Positions 41,632-51,608 of a stretch of 64,000 nucleotides of DNA are shown in pieces. Within the stretch, counting starts at the first letter, position 1; the number at the start of each line of letters is the position of its first letter. Made by a program: the position numbers and the translations under genes. This stretch comes from a virus (taxonomy: Duplodnaviria; Caudoviricetes). Below the pieces are notes generated by a model that saw only the letters and a program-made list of their open reading frames with translations, was not told the origin of the DNA and ran no database searches. Location: positions 32,001 to 96,000 of IMG/VR virus record IMGVR_UViG_3300037295_000263. One strand, given 5' to 3'.

Positions 41632-42467
41632 ATTTTGGATATCTGATATTTGTATCAAAATCCAACGATACCGATTATTTAAAATTAGCGTATGCGTTGG
41701 CACTGAGTATAAAGAACACACAAAAAGAAGGGTATGACAAAGTTGCATTAGTTATCGATAATGCAGAGCAATTAAAAAAATTAACAAGCTCGTGGGTGTT
41801 TGATGAAGTAATTATCTGGAAAAAAGAGTCGTTTTGGGACGGCAGGTCGTGGATGGACCAGTTATCGCCGTGGGACAACACAGTATGTTTAGATGCGGAT
41901 ATGCTGTTCACACGCGATGTAAGTCATTGGATTGATTATTTTGTAGACAATTGCGAACTGTATATTACTCCTAAAGCATATACATACAGAGGGGAAATAA
42001 TAACAAATGATTATTATAGAAAAGCATTTACAAAAAATAAATTGCCTAACTTATACTCTTTTTATACATTTTTTAAAAAGACAAACATGTCTTCTGACTT
42101 TTTTAATCTAGGAAGATACATTATTAAAAACCCTAACGAATTTAAAAATTTATATCTTATCAATTTTAAACCCTCTGTTGTAGGAACAGATGAATCTTTT
42201 GCATTAAGTGCAAAATTACTTGGCATTGAAGATTACATCTCTTATACTTTAGATTTTCCTAAAGTAGTACATATGAAATCTATGATTCAAAATTGGCCGT
42301 GGCCTGCAAATAAATTTACTGATCATGTGGGATTTTATTTTAATAGATCAGGAAAATTAAAAATAGGCAATTATCAGCAAAATGACATAGTACACTACGT
42401 AGAAAAAGATTTAATCACAGACGAAATTATTAACATACTTGAGGAAATATCATGGAACAAAGCATAG
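41628..42467 (+). CDS. Putative GT-A glycosyltransferase, paralogue of the previous gene
   Basis: LSPWDNTVCLDADML (DxD), same architecture as 40768-41631. Confidence 0.6.
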   Translation: MNFGYLIFVSKSNDTDYLKLAYALALSIKNTQKEGYDKVALVIDNAEQLKKLTSSWVFDEVIIWKKESFWDGRSWMDQLSPWDNTVCLDADMLFTRDVSHWIDYFVDNCELYITPKAYTYRGEIITNDYYRKAFTKNKLPNLYSFYTFFKKTNMSSDFFNLGRYIIKNPNEFKNLYLINFKPSVVGTDESFALSAKLLGIEDYISYTLDFPKVVHMKSMIQNWPWPANKFTDHVGFYFNRSGKLKIGNYQQNDIVHYVEKDLITDEIINILEEISWNKA

Positions 42468-43075
42468 TTAAAATGGCAAAATGGACAGGCGGATTCACAC
42501 TAAAAGATGTACAGCATTGGGCAGTATTTAATCCGGAATCAGGAAAAATTATAGGAATATATCCTGGAAGATCAGCAAATGAATTTAAATCCAAAGTTAA
42601 AGTAGAACCTGAATTAATTGAAGCAGTCAATCGAGGGGAAGTTCAATTAGACATGTGCTCAGTGAATTTAATAGACGGAGAGTTATCTATAGTTCAATCT
42701 CAGTCATTGACTACAATGGATGATGTATTACATAGAATAGTGGAGCAGAAATGGTCAAAATCTGACGATGCTGAAATTTTTATAAAATATTCTAGAGATA
42801 CTAAAAAACTTAAAATTTCGTTAACTGAAAAGTTTTATGGCAAAAGAAAAAGTAAAACAAAAACTTCAAAAAGAAAAATATTTTGGACAGATAATGCAGA
42901 GATGTCATTTCTGATCACTGATTATAACGATCCTAATATTATACATAGTACTGTAACTTTGCATCTTAACGAGTTAGTTGGAAAAGATAAAGTTCTTAAA
43001 GATGTAGAATTACCTGAAAATTTTAGTGTATATACTAAAAGATTATTTAAAAATTATGTAATTGAGATATCATGA
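42452..43075 (+). CDS. Hypothetical protein
   Basis: Overlaps both neighbours in the operon. Confidence 0.6.
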   Translation: MEQSIVKMAKWTGGFTLKDVQHWAVFNPESGKIIGIYPGRSANEFKSKVKVEPELIEAVNRGEVQLDMCSVNLIDGELSIVQSQSLTTMDDVLHRIVEQKWSKSDDAEIFIKYSRDTKKLKISLTEKFYGKRKSKTKTSKRKIFWTDNAEMSFLITDYNDPNIIHSTVTLHLNELVGKDKVLKDVELPENFSVYTKRLFKNYVIEIS

Positions 43076-43980
43076 AAGTAATAGAATTTGATGTAGTTTT
43101 TTTAAGTTATGACGAACCCAATGCAGATCTTCATTATGCGGATTTATGCAATAAAGTGCCATGGGCTAAAAGAGTACACGCTGTAAAAGGTAGCGATGCT
43201 GCGCATAAAGCAGCAGCTAATTTAAGCGATACAGAGTGGTTTATTACAGTAGATGCAGACAACATTGTAGATCCTAGTTTTTTTAATTTAGATCTCAAAA
43301 TGACTAATCCGGATATTAAAGTCTACGGATGGTGTGGCAGAAACGTAGTTAACGGGTTGCGTTATGGAAATGGCGGACTAAAAATTTGGAAAAAAGAATT
43401 CGTGCTAGATATGAAAACACACGAAGCTAGTGAATCCGACAGAGGGCAAGTTGACTTTTGTTGGGAAAAAGGATATCAAAATTTTCCAGTAAGCTTTAGT
43501 GACAGCATTATAACTGGTAGTCAATTTCAAGCATGGCGTGCAGGATTTAGAGAAGGCGTTAAAATGACACTTGATAATGGAGTAAAGGTCCCCCCTTCTG
43601 AAATTGAAAAACGAATATGGTGGCATAATATTCATAGGTTGCGTATGTGGAGCACGGTTGGAGCTCATACAGAACATGGGCTATTTTCAGTGTACGGGGC
43701 TAGACTGGGAACATGGATGGCAAATTGTACAGACTGGGATTATGTTAATGTTCGAGATTTTGAAATTTTAAGAAATATATACAACGAAACTTGTAAAGTT
43801 TACGAAAACGATAATGCATTATTAGTTGATGCAACTGTTGACTTAGGAGAAAAAATAAAACACGATCTAGGATTTCACTGGCCGTATTTAGATTCTTCAC
43901 AAAGCAAATACACTTTTGATTTGTACAATGAAACATTGAATCTTAACGCTACATATTATCAAACACCAAATGATATATGA
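43072..43980 (+). CDS. Putative glycosyltransferase (GT-A-like)
   Basis: VFLSYDEPNAD...AKRVHAVKG...AH...WFITVDADN (DxD), AWRAGFREGVK. Confidence 0.6.
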   Translation: MKVIEFDVVFLSYDEPNADLHYADLCNKVPWAKRVHAVKGSDAAHKAAANLSDTEWFITVDADNIVDPSFFNLDLKMTNPDIKVYGWCGRNVVNGLRYGNGGLKIWKKEFVLDMKTHEASESDRGQVDFCWEKGYQNFPVSFSDSIITGSQFQAWRAGFREGVKMTLDNGVKVPPSEIEKRIWWHNIHRLRMWSTVGAHTEHGLFSVYGARLGTWMANCTDWDYVNVRDFEILRNIYNETCKVYENDNALLVDATVDLGEKIKHDLGFHWPYLDSSQSKYTFDLYNETLNLNATYYQTPNDI

Positions 43981-45019
43981 TGCATTTTACGTTTACACTG
44001 ATAAAAGTAGCCCGGAAGCATTAGCTTCTTTAAAAATCAGGTTTCCTAAAATTCAGGTATTACACAATGTGAAATCTTTTTCGGATATTGCAGAAAGATC
44101 ATTCACTAAGCTATTTTGGATAATATGGGACGACATTGAAATAGATACTGATTTTAATTTTGATTATGTAGTACCTAAATGGGATCAGGAATATATTCAT
44201 GTTTTTAAAAATGGAAAATATTATGACGGTATATGTTTAATTCCTAAAAATGCAAATTGTAGCCAACGAGAATTTGAAAATCGTTTTTTTATTGATAATA
44301 AAAAAGAAATAGACGTTCAAGCTTCGACTCCACGGTTACTTGATATAATTTTTATTAGCTACGACGAATCGCATGCTGATATCATGTATAATAAATTAAT
44401 TAGCAGGTTCCCAAGAGCTAAGAGAATACACAGAGTTAAAGGAATACATAATGCCCATATCGAAGCAGCAAAATTGTCACGCACTAATATGTTTTGGGTA
44501 GTAGATGCCGATTCGGAAATTGTAAAAGACTTTAACTTTACTATCGAACAATTACCGCACCACTGTAAAACAGTGCATGTGTGGCGCAGCAGAAATCCGA
44601 TAAATCAGTTAGAGTATGGATATGGCGGGGTTAAATTACTTCCTAGGAAATTAACAATGAATATGAATACAACAAGCCTCGACATGACTACTAGCATCAG
44701 TGACAGTTTTAAAGTAATGGACGAAGTTAGTAATGTAACTGCGTTTAACACAGATCCTTTTAGCACTTGGAAATCTGCATTTAGGGAATGTGCGAAATTA
44801 TCAAGCGGAATTATCGACCGGCAAAATAACAAAGAAAGTTTAGAACGTTTAACAATATGGAAAACAGTAGGTGAATCTTGCGAGTACGGCAAGTATGCTA
44901 TATCAGGCGCAACACTCGGCGAAAAGTACGGAGAGATGCATAAAGATAACAAAGATGCACTAGTTAAAATAAATGATTTTAGTTGGTTAAAATCGGAGTT
45001 TAATAAACACTATGAATGA
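43970..45019 (+). CDS. Putative glycosyltransferase with a duplicated domain
   Basis: Degenerate first repeat (FWIIWDD) plus a full repeat IFISYDE...AKRIHRVKG...FWVVDAD...WKSAFRECAK. Confidence 0.6.
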   Translation: MIYDAFYVYTDKSSPEALASLKIRFPKIQVLHNVKSFSDIAERSFTKLFWIIWDDIEIDTDFNFDYVVPKWDQEYIHVFKNGKYYDGICLIPKNANCSQREFENRFFIDNKKEIDVQASTPRLLDIIFISYDESHADIMYNKLISRFPRAKRIHRVKGIHNAHIEAAKLSRTNMFWVVDADSEIVKDFNFTIEQLPHHCKTVHVWRSRNPINQLEYGYGGVKLLPRKLTMNMNTTSLDMTTSISDSFKVMDEVSNVTAFNTDPFSTWKSAFRECAKLSSGIIDRQNNKESLERLTIWKTVGESCEYGKYAISGATLGEKYGEMHKDNKDALVKINDFSWLKSEFNKHYE

Positions 45020-46373
45020 AAATATTAAAAAAATAATTCCTATTATGAATGAAATAAGTCCGACTTTTTGTTTGGCTAAATGGCATCATACTACAATCTA
45101 TTTGCAAACAGGAGAAACTCATAGTTGTTATCATCCTGCTCCGCATAGTATTCCTTTAAACGAAATTATCGATAATCCTTCAGCATTGCATAATACATCG
45201 CAGAAAAAACTTGAACGTAAAGCAATGATAGACGGGAAAAAACCTAGCGGATGTCAATATTGCTGGAATATAGAAGCACTAGGCGAAGACTTATTAAGTG
45301 ATAGAAAAGAAAAAAATAGCACAATTTACACACCTGAGAGATTTAAACAAGTTAAAGAAGATTTATTAGGAAATGTTAATCCACAGTATATTGAAATATC
45401 ATTTGGCAACGAATGTAATTTTAAATGCGGGTATTGTCATCCTAAACATAGCAGTAGCTATTATAAAGAAATTAAAGATTTCGGCCCATATTCTACTGTT
45501 AAGAATCACAGAAATGACATTGACTGGTTTAAGATATACGAAGAGGAAACAAACCCGTATGTAGACGCATGGTGGAAATGGTGGCCTGAAGTTCGAGAAA
45601 CTTTAGACATTTTAAGAATTACTGGCGGAGAGCCATTGTTGCAAAAAAGTACATGGAAACTTTTAGAAGATTTAGATGCAAATCCTCAACCAAATTTAGA
45701 AATAAACATCAACAGCAATTTCGGAGTAAAGCCGATATTAATAGAGAGATTAGTAGAAAAAGTTAATGCATTATTATCTCAAGGAAAAATAAAACATTTT
45801 ATGGTTTTTACTAGTATTGATACTTGGGGACCACAAGCCGAGTATATCAGAACAGGACTAGATATTAAATTATGGGAAAAAAATCTTAATACATTTTTAA
45901 CAAGAACTAATTTACCTGTAACTTTTATGATGACATTTAATATTTTGACTGTGACTAATTTTAAATCTTTGTTAGAAAAAGTGTTAGAATGGAGAAACAA
46001 ATACAATACCGATGATCAATCCGTTTGGCAGCGTGTAAGATTTGATACTCCTTATTTAAAAGAGCCGTTACAATACGATATGAACATATTACCAAAAGAA
46101 CAATTTGTTCCGTACATGTATAATAGTTTGGATTTTATAAAAGAAAATTTAGATAATACTGATAAATTTAAATTTAGCAATATTGAATATGATAAATTTT
46201 TTAGAGTATTAAAATATATGGAAACTGAAAATTATCCACAAAACAAGCTAATGGAAGGAAGAAAAGATTTTTATAATTGGTTCACTGAATATGATCGTCG
46301 TCGGGGCACCGATTTTAAAAAAACATTTCCTGAATTAGTTGAGTTTTTTACTAGCTGTGGAAGTATTAGATGA
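45012..46373 (+). CDS. Radical SAM protein with an N-terminal Cys-rich (twitch-like) region
   Basis: CNFKCGYC (CxxxCxxC), ITGGEP; N-terminal CLAKW...SCYH...CQYCW. Confidence 0.88.
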   Translation: MNENIKKIIPIMNEISPTFCLAKWHHTTIYLQTGETHSCYHPAPHSIPLNEIIDNPSALHNTSQKKLERKAMIDGKKPSGCQYCWNIEALGEDLLSDRKEKNSTIYTPERFKQVKEDLLGNVNPQYIEISFGNECNFKCGYCHPKHSSSYYKEIKDFGPYSTVKNHRNDIDWFKIYEEETNPYVDAWWKWWPEVRETLDILRITGGEPLLQKSTWKLLEDLDANPQPNLEININSNFGVKPILIERLVEKVNALLSQGKIKHFMVFTSIDTWGPQAEYIRTGLDIKLWEKNLNTFLTRTNLPVTFMMTFNILTVTNFKSLLEKVLEWRNKYNTDDQSVWQRVRFDTPYLKEPLQYDMNILPKEQFVPYMYNSLDFIKENLDNTDKFKFSNIEYDKFFRVLKYMETENYPQNKLMEGRKDFYNWFTEYDRRRGTDFKKTFPELVEFFTSCGSIR

Positions 46374-47707
46374 CTCCTGCGCAAAAGAAAAAACTTACAA
46401 CATTTACCAAAGAGCTAAATGATGTTAGTCCTAGCTTTTGTGTGGCAAAATGGAAACAAGTTACGTTACACTTGCAAACAGGAAAAACACATAGTTGTCA
46501 TCATCCAACACCTCATAAAATACCTATTGATGAAATAAAAATAGATGTGAGTGCGTTGCATAATACTTCTTATAAAAAAGAACAGCGTAAAAAAATGCTC
46601 ATCGGCGAACGTCCAGAGGAGTGTTCACATTGCTGGAAAGTAGAAGATAATACATCTGCTTACAGCGACAGGATCACTAAAAGCATCGATAAGTGGGCTA
46701 GTCCGTTTATACCGCATATAGCTAACAGCAGCTACAGCGATAACATAAACCCTTCGTATTTAGAAGTAAGTTTTTCCAATACATGTAATTTCAAATGCAG
46801 TTATTGCAGTCCAGAAATTTCAAGTAAATGGTTTGAAGAAATCAAACAACACGGGCCTTATCCGACAAGTACTAAATTTAATAATATAGAATGGCTGGAA
46901 CAAACGGATAGTATTCCTATATTAGAAAAAAATAATAACCCATATATCGATGCCTTTTGGAAATGGTGGCCGAGTTTATATCCTACTCTGCAGGTAATGC
47001 GTATTACTGGCGGGGAACCGTTACTAACTAAGCATACATTTAAAGTGTTGGATTATATTAAACAAGTCCCTAGCAGTCAGTTAGAACTAAATGTAAATTC
47101 TAATTTATGTGTTCCTGAGAAACAGTATAATTTATTTTTAAATAAAATAACAGAAATTGTCGAGTTGGGTTCTGTTAAAGAATTTAAGCTGTATACTAGT
47201 TGCGAGTCAACATCCAGTCGTGCAGAATATATACGGCATGGTTTAAATTATGACCAATGGCTTGCTAATTGTTATAAATTTTTAGACACTGTTCCTAACG
47301 GCAAACTTACTATAATGTCTACGTATAATGCACTAAATGTATCTAGCTTTGCGCTATTCTTGAAGGATGTAGTTTCTTTAAAAGAATATAAGAAAAATGC
47401 AGTTAGCTTAGATATTTCACTATTACGGTGGCCTGCACATTTATCTATTGATATTTTAACTGACGATTTTATAAGTATAGTAGCAAGTCACAAATTGTTT
47501 ATTAAGAATAATCCATTATTTGAAATTCATGAAATAAATAGGATGGAAAGAATTTTCATTAATAATACAAATTCTACTATTAATAGACAAGACTTTTTAT
47601 TATTTGTAGATGAGCATGATCGTCGGCGCGGTACTGATTTTAAAAAAACATTCCCCGAAATGGAGAAATTTTTAAATTTGTGCAACGTTGACGTAAATAC
47701 AATATGA
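46370..47707 (+). CDS. Radical SAM protein, tandem paralogue
   Basis: CNFKCSYC, ITGGEP; CVAKW...SCHH...CSHCW; same EHDRRRGTDFKKTFPE tail. Confidence 0.88.
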   Translation: MTPAQKKKLTTFTKELNDVSPSFCVAKWKQVTLHLQTGKTHSCHHPTPHKIPIDEIKIDVSALHNTSYKKEQRKKMLIGERPEECSHCWKVEDNTSAYSDRITKSIDKWASPFIPHIANSSYSDNINPSYLEVSFSNTCNFKCSYCSPEISSKWFEEIKQHGPYPTSTKFNNIEWLEQTDSIPILEKNNNPYIDAFWKWWPSLYPTLQVMRITGGEPLLTKHTFKVLDYIKQVPSSQLELNVNSNLCVPEKQYNLFLNKITEIVELGSVKEFKLYTSCESTSSRAEYIRHGLNYDQWLANCYKFLDTVPNGKLTIMSTYNALNVSSFALFLKDVVSLKEYKKNAVSLDISLLRWPAHLSIDILTDDFISIVASHKLFIKNNPLFEIHEINRMERIFINNTNSTINRQDFLLFVDEHDRRRGTDFKKTFPEMEKFLNLCNVDVNTI

Positions 47708-48702
47708 AAATATTTATAACAGGCGTAGCTGGATTTTTAGGAAGTCATTTAGCAGATAGGATGATCAGTCTGGAACATTCGGTATCGGGCAATGACAATT
47801 TTCTTGGAGGTTACGTAGATAACATCAATCCGTTAGTTGATTTCCACGAAGTAGATTGCTGCGATTATGATAGCATGGTATGCTTAATGAAAGATGTAGA
47901 TGTTGTCATACATGCAGCAGCTACTGCACACGAAGGTCTAAGTGTGTTTAGTCCTAATTTTATAACTAAAAATGTGTATCAAGCAAGCATTTCTACGATA
48001 TCAGCAGCAATTGCAAACAATGTAAAGAGATTTGTATTTTGTTCTAGCATGGCAAGATACGGTAATCAAGAGTTTCCTTTTGTAGAAACACAAAATACCT
48101 CACCAGTAGATCCTTACGGAATTGCTAAAGTAGCTGTCGAACAAACGTTAATAATGTTGTCTAATATTCATGGCATGGAATGGAATATTGCAGTCCCTCA
48201 TAATATCATCGGACCACGGCAACGATATGACGATCCGTTTCGCAACGTTGTGAGTATTATGATTAATAGAAATTTACAAGGAAAAGAAGCAATTGTGTAT
48301 GGCGACGGTTTTCAGAAACGATGTTTTTCATATATAGATGATTGTGTATTTTGTTTGGAAAAATTAGCATTAGGCAATATTGTTGGAGAAATAATCAACA
48401 TAGGGCCGGACGAAGAGTCGGTGACTATTAACGAATTAGTCGATTTAATTGCTAAGGAATGTAATTTTCATAGTACTCCTACACATTTCTTAAATAGACC
48501 TGCTGAAGTAAAAAACGCAATTTGTTCTTCTAAAAAAGCAAGAGATTACTTAGGATACCGAACTACTACTAGTCTTGCAGAATCGATAACAAAAACAGCA
48601 GAGTGGATCAGACACCGCGGAACAAAACAAACTGATTATTCTTTTCCTTTAGAGATAGTAAATGATAAAACCCCAATTCCATGGAAAGACAGGTTAATGT
48701 AA
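47704..48702 (+). CDS. NAD-dependent nucleotide-sugar epimerase/dehydratase
   Basis: GVAGFLG Rossmann motif, SSMARYG, YGIAK (YxxxK). Confidence 0.9.
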   Translation: MKIFITGVAGFLGSHLADRMISLEHSVSGNDNFLGGYVDNINPLVDFHEVDCCDYDSMVCLMKDVDVVIHAAATAHEGLSVFSPNFITKNVYQASISTISAAIANNVKRFVFCSSMARYGNQEFPFVETQNTSPVDPYGIAKVAVEQTLIMLSNIHGMEWNIAVPHNIIGPRQRYDDPFRNVVSIMINRNLQGKEAIVYGDGFQKRCFSYIDDCVFCLEKLALGNIVGEIINIGPDEESVTINELVDLIAKECNFHSTPTHFLNRPAEVKNAICSSKKARDYLGYRTTTSLAESITKTAEWIRHRGTKQTDYSFPLEIVNDKTPIPWKDRLM

Positions 48703-49958
48703 TTATGAATTTTGTATTTGAAAATTACTCTTATAATTTTGTATCCTGTAAAGACATTAATACATCGACTCTGCCTAGATTTGCACCTTCTCCATTTGCT
48801 GAAACAGTAATTAATTTTGGAGGTAGCGGCCAGAGGTTTTCGTTGCCCACAGCTCCAACAAAATACATTATTGCCACTGGAGTAAATCATCATCCTGTAG
48901 ACTGGACTAGTTCACAATATACAAACAATGGTAGAAAAGGGTGCTTCTTTTATCTTAATAAAAAATATATATCCGATTTGCAAAATGGTAATGCTATGTT
49001 GTTATTTGACCAATCTTTTGAAGGATATCAAACAACATGGTTATGGGATTATTTTCACAGGGAATGTGCAGAATATAACATTAATCCTCGTGCAATTATA
49101 TATGTTACTGGAAATTTAATAGCAGACGAACAATATAATAAATGGGCATTATCTAATCATGTAACAGAAAGAATTAATGTTATTCCATATTCTCATTTTG
49201 AAAAAGATGTTTTTATGATGGCCAACTCTGTTTCATCTCCAACATCGATAGCTAAAAGTTTATGCTATAAACAAAAAAATAAAGCAGATATTAGTACGTA
49301 CAATTGTTTACAAAAAAGATTACGTAGTCATCGAATTTGGTTATATACCGAACTATTTAAAGCAGAATTGTTAAAAGATGGACTAGTAAGTATGAATCCA
49401 TGTAATAACTGTAATACACAAATGGAAGGAAGAATCGTAGACGATGGAGTTTTAAATGCTGCAAATAAATTACTTCCGTTAAATCTTTATAGCGTTTCTA
49501 ATAACTTAGAACCGGATAATTTTTATATTCGCAGGATTCTGAATCAAGTTTATCTTGACACTTGGGTTTCGATTATTTCTGAAGCATCGTTTGCAGATGA
49601 CGAGAATACAGTTTTTATAAGTGAAAAAACATTCAAGTCGATTGCAAGTTTTCATCCTTTCATTATTTTCGGAAATAAAGGAAGTTTACAAAAGCTAAGA
49701 GAAATGGGATATAAAACATTCGATGGTTTTATAGACGAGACCTACGATACGTTATCTACATTTGACAGGATGCAAGCTGTTATTCACGCGATTGGGAAAA
49801 TTAATGCAATTGAAGATAAATTTGCATGGTTTTTGTCTATGAGGGACATTTTAAAGCATAATTATAATGTACTAAAAATTAATTCTGAAAAAAATAACGA
49901 AGCTATTGAAAAATTAAATATATGCTATTCAAATTATCTTAAAAAGGACCTAAAGTGA
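48681..49958 (+). CDS. Putative GT-B glycosyltransferase-like protein
   Basis: FDQSFEGY, C-terminal ISEKTFKSIASFHPFIIFG...GYKTFD; paralogue of 51598-52791; likely ATG start near 48705. Confidence 0.45.
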   Translation: MERQVNVIMNFVFENYSYNFVSCKDINTSTLPRFAPSPFAETVINFGGSGQRFSLPTAPTKYIIATGVNHHPVDWTSSQYTNNGRKGCFFYLNKKYISDLQNGNAMLLFDQSFEGYQTTWLWDYFHRECAEYNINPRAIIYVTGNLIADEQYNKWALSNHVTERINVIPYSHFEKDVFMMANSVSSPTSIAKSLCYKQKNKADISTYNCLQKRLRSHRIWLYTELFKAELLKDGLVSMNPCNNCNTQMEGRIVDDGVLNAANKLLPLNLYSVSNNLEPDNFYIRRILNQVYLDTWVSIISEASFADDENTVFISEKTFKSIASFHPFIIFGNKGSLQKLREMGYKTFDGFIDETYDTLSTFDRMQAVIHAIGKINAIEDKFAWFLSMRDILKHNYNVLKINSEKNNEAIEKLNICYSNYLKKDLK

Positions 49959-50827
49959 AGCTCTATACGTTACCGAAAATATCCGACGGCGATAAAGTAA
50001 TTGTCGGACTCGGCGATAGTTTTACACAAGGCATAGGTAGCTGGAGTAGAGATACATATGCAAAATATAACAATAAAATCGATATTCATAAAATACCGAG
50101 AGAGTTATATGATGAATTATATAAAGGTAGTTGGGTAAATCAATTATGTGAAAATCATTTGACAGACTATATATCGGTTAATTTAGGAAAAATGGGTAAC
50201 GGAAATCGATCGGCAGTTAAGCAATTGTATTTAAATCCGTCTAGTAATCTTAAAAACGCATCACATGTTATTGTTATTTTTATGTTAAGCGGAATAGAAA
50301 GATTTGATTTTATTAATAAAGACTTTAATCAAGATCATCCTTTTTACACAATGTGGCCCAACCCAAACGACCCTGGCTCAACTCATGCTGGGCTGTGGGA
50401 AATATATTCTAAATTCATATGGTCAGACAAATTCGAAGTCGCTGAAGCAATTTTAAATATAATGGAAGCATATACTTTTTGTAAAGCAAACGGATATGAT
50501 TTTATTTTTGGCAGTGCATTTGACATACATATAACTCGAAAACATTTTATTTCAATACTGGGCGAAGACTATACTGACTTAGTCGATTCGATACCGTGGG
50601 ATAACTTTTTTTATCCCCACGGCAGGGCGACGTTGATTGAATTATTAACTGAGTTAGATGGTCGTCCGTCTTTAGCTAAAGGCGGCTTTTATCCTTTTTA
50701 CACCAAACTTCCGTGTCCGTCTACTTACATAACAAATTGTGCTCATCCTACCAAAGAAGGTCACAAAGCAATTGCTGAAGCTTTATACAGCTATATTAGA
50801 CAAAAGAAAATAAATGGCAAATCTTAA
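49955..50827 (+). CDS. SGNH/GDSL hydrolase-like protein
   Basis: GLGDSFTQG block I, VNLGKMGNGN, C-terminal AHPTKEGH. Confidence 0.6.
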   Translation: MKLYTLPKISDGDKVIVGLGDSFTQGIGSWSRDTYAKYNNKIDIHKIPRELYDELYKGSWVNQLCENHLTDYISVNLGKMGNGNRSAVKQLYLNPSSNLKNASHVIVIFMLSGIERFDFINKDFNQDHPFYTMWPNPNDPGSTHAGLWEIYSKFIWSDKFEVAEAILNIMEAYTFCKANGYDFIFGSAFDIHITRKHFISILGEDYTDLVDSIPWDNFFYPHGRATLIELLTELDGRPSLAKGGFYPFYTKLPCPSTYITNCAHPTKEGHKAIAEALYSYIRQKKINGKS

Positions 50828-51608
50828 TAACTCTCCTACAAACATGAAATCAGATACTCAGTACTACGATAATCATATATTTTTTCCTAATTTATTTGGT
50901 TGTTATACAATCGATGGAGTATTAAGTGACAAGTTTGCAGATACTGATTCTCCTGATTTATTTCAACAATCTAAGAACAAAAAATCTGCAGATTGGATAT
51001 ATCATACTAAAGAAATATCGTATGCTGCGAATTCTAATGGATATAGAGCACCCGAATGGCACATGATCGATTGGGCAAGTGCTGTTGTAATATTCGGATG
51101 TTCGTGTACCGCAGGAATTGGACTAGCAGAAGATGAAACAGTTTCGCATCATCTTAGTAAACTAATAAACCGGCCGGTTATTAATTTAGGATCCGGCGGA
51201 TCGTCGATGCAATATTCTTTTTTAAATTCTTTGAATATTATCGAAAAAGGCTTGCCGATACCATATGCAGTTGTGCAGAACTGGACAACTATGGAAAGAA
51301 CTGTAATTTTTGAAAAAATGCGGGCTAGACACTACGGACCTTGGGATCGTGCCGACAGATTTTATAATGCGTACTCCCGACATGATTCTAATTTACAGAT
51401 AACAACGCGATATACATCGATAGCTAGTGCTGCAGTGTGGAAACCATTGACACGATATGTGTCTGCTAGTTTTTTTAGTAATACTGCGCATGATACATCT
51501 AGTAAATTTTGTAAGTTAGAAACTGATGCTAGAGATTTATTACATCCTGGTAACAATTCTGCTTATAGACTAGCAGAAGTAATAGCTGAAGAATTGGCTA
51601 ATCAATAA
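50814..51608 (+). CDS. SGNH hydrolase-like protein
   Basis: FGCSCTAG, INLGSGGSS, C-terminal ARDLLHPG (DxxH). Confidence 0.55.
   Translation: MANLNNSPTNMKSDTQYYDNHIFFPNLFGCYTIDGVLSDKFADTDSPDLFQQSKNKKSADWIYHTKEISYAANSNGYRAPEWHMIDWASAVVIFGCSCTAGIGLAEDETVSHHLSKLINRPVINLGSGGSSMQYSFLNSLNIIEKGLPIPYAVVQNWTTMERTVIFEKMRARHYGPWDRADRFYNAYSRHDSNLQITTRYTSIASAAVWKPLTRYVSASFFSNTAHDTSSKFCKLETDARDLLHPGNNSAYRLAEVIAEELANQ

Noticed and set aside
9703-47707. Many short - strand ORFs inside structural and sugar genes
   Set aside because: Fully nested antisense shadows of long, motif-supported + strand genes
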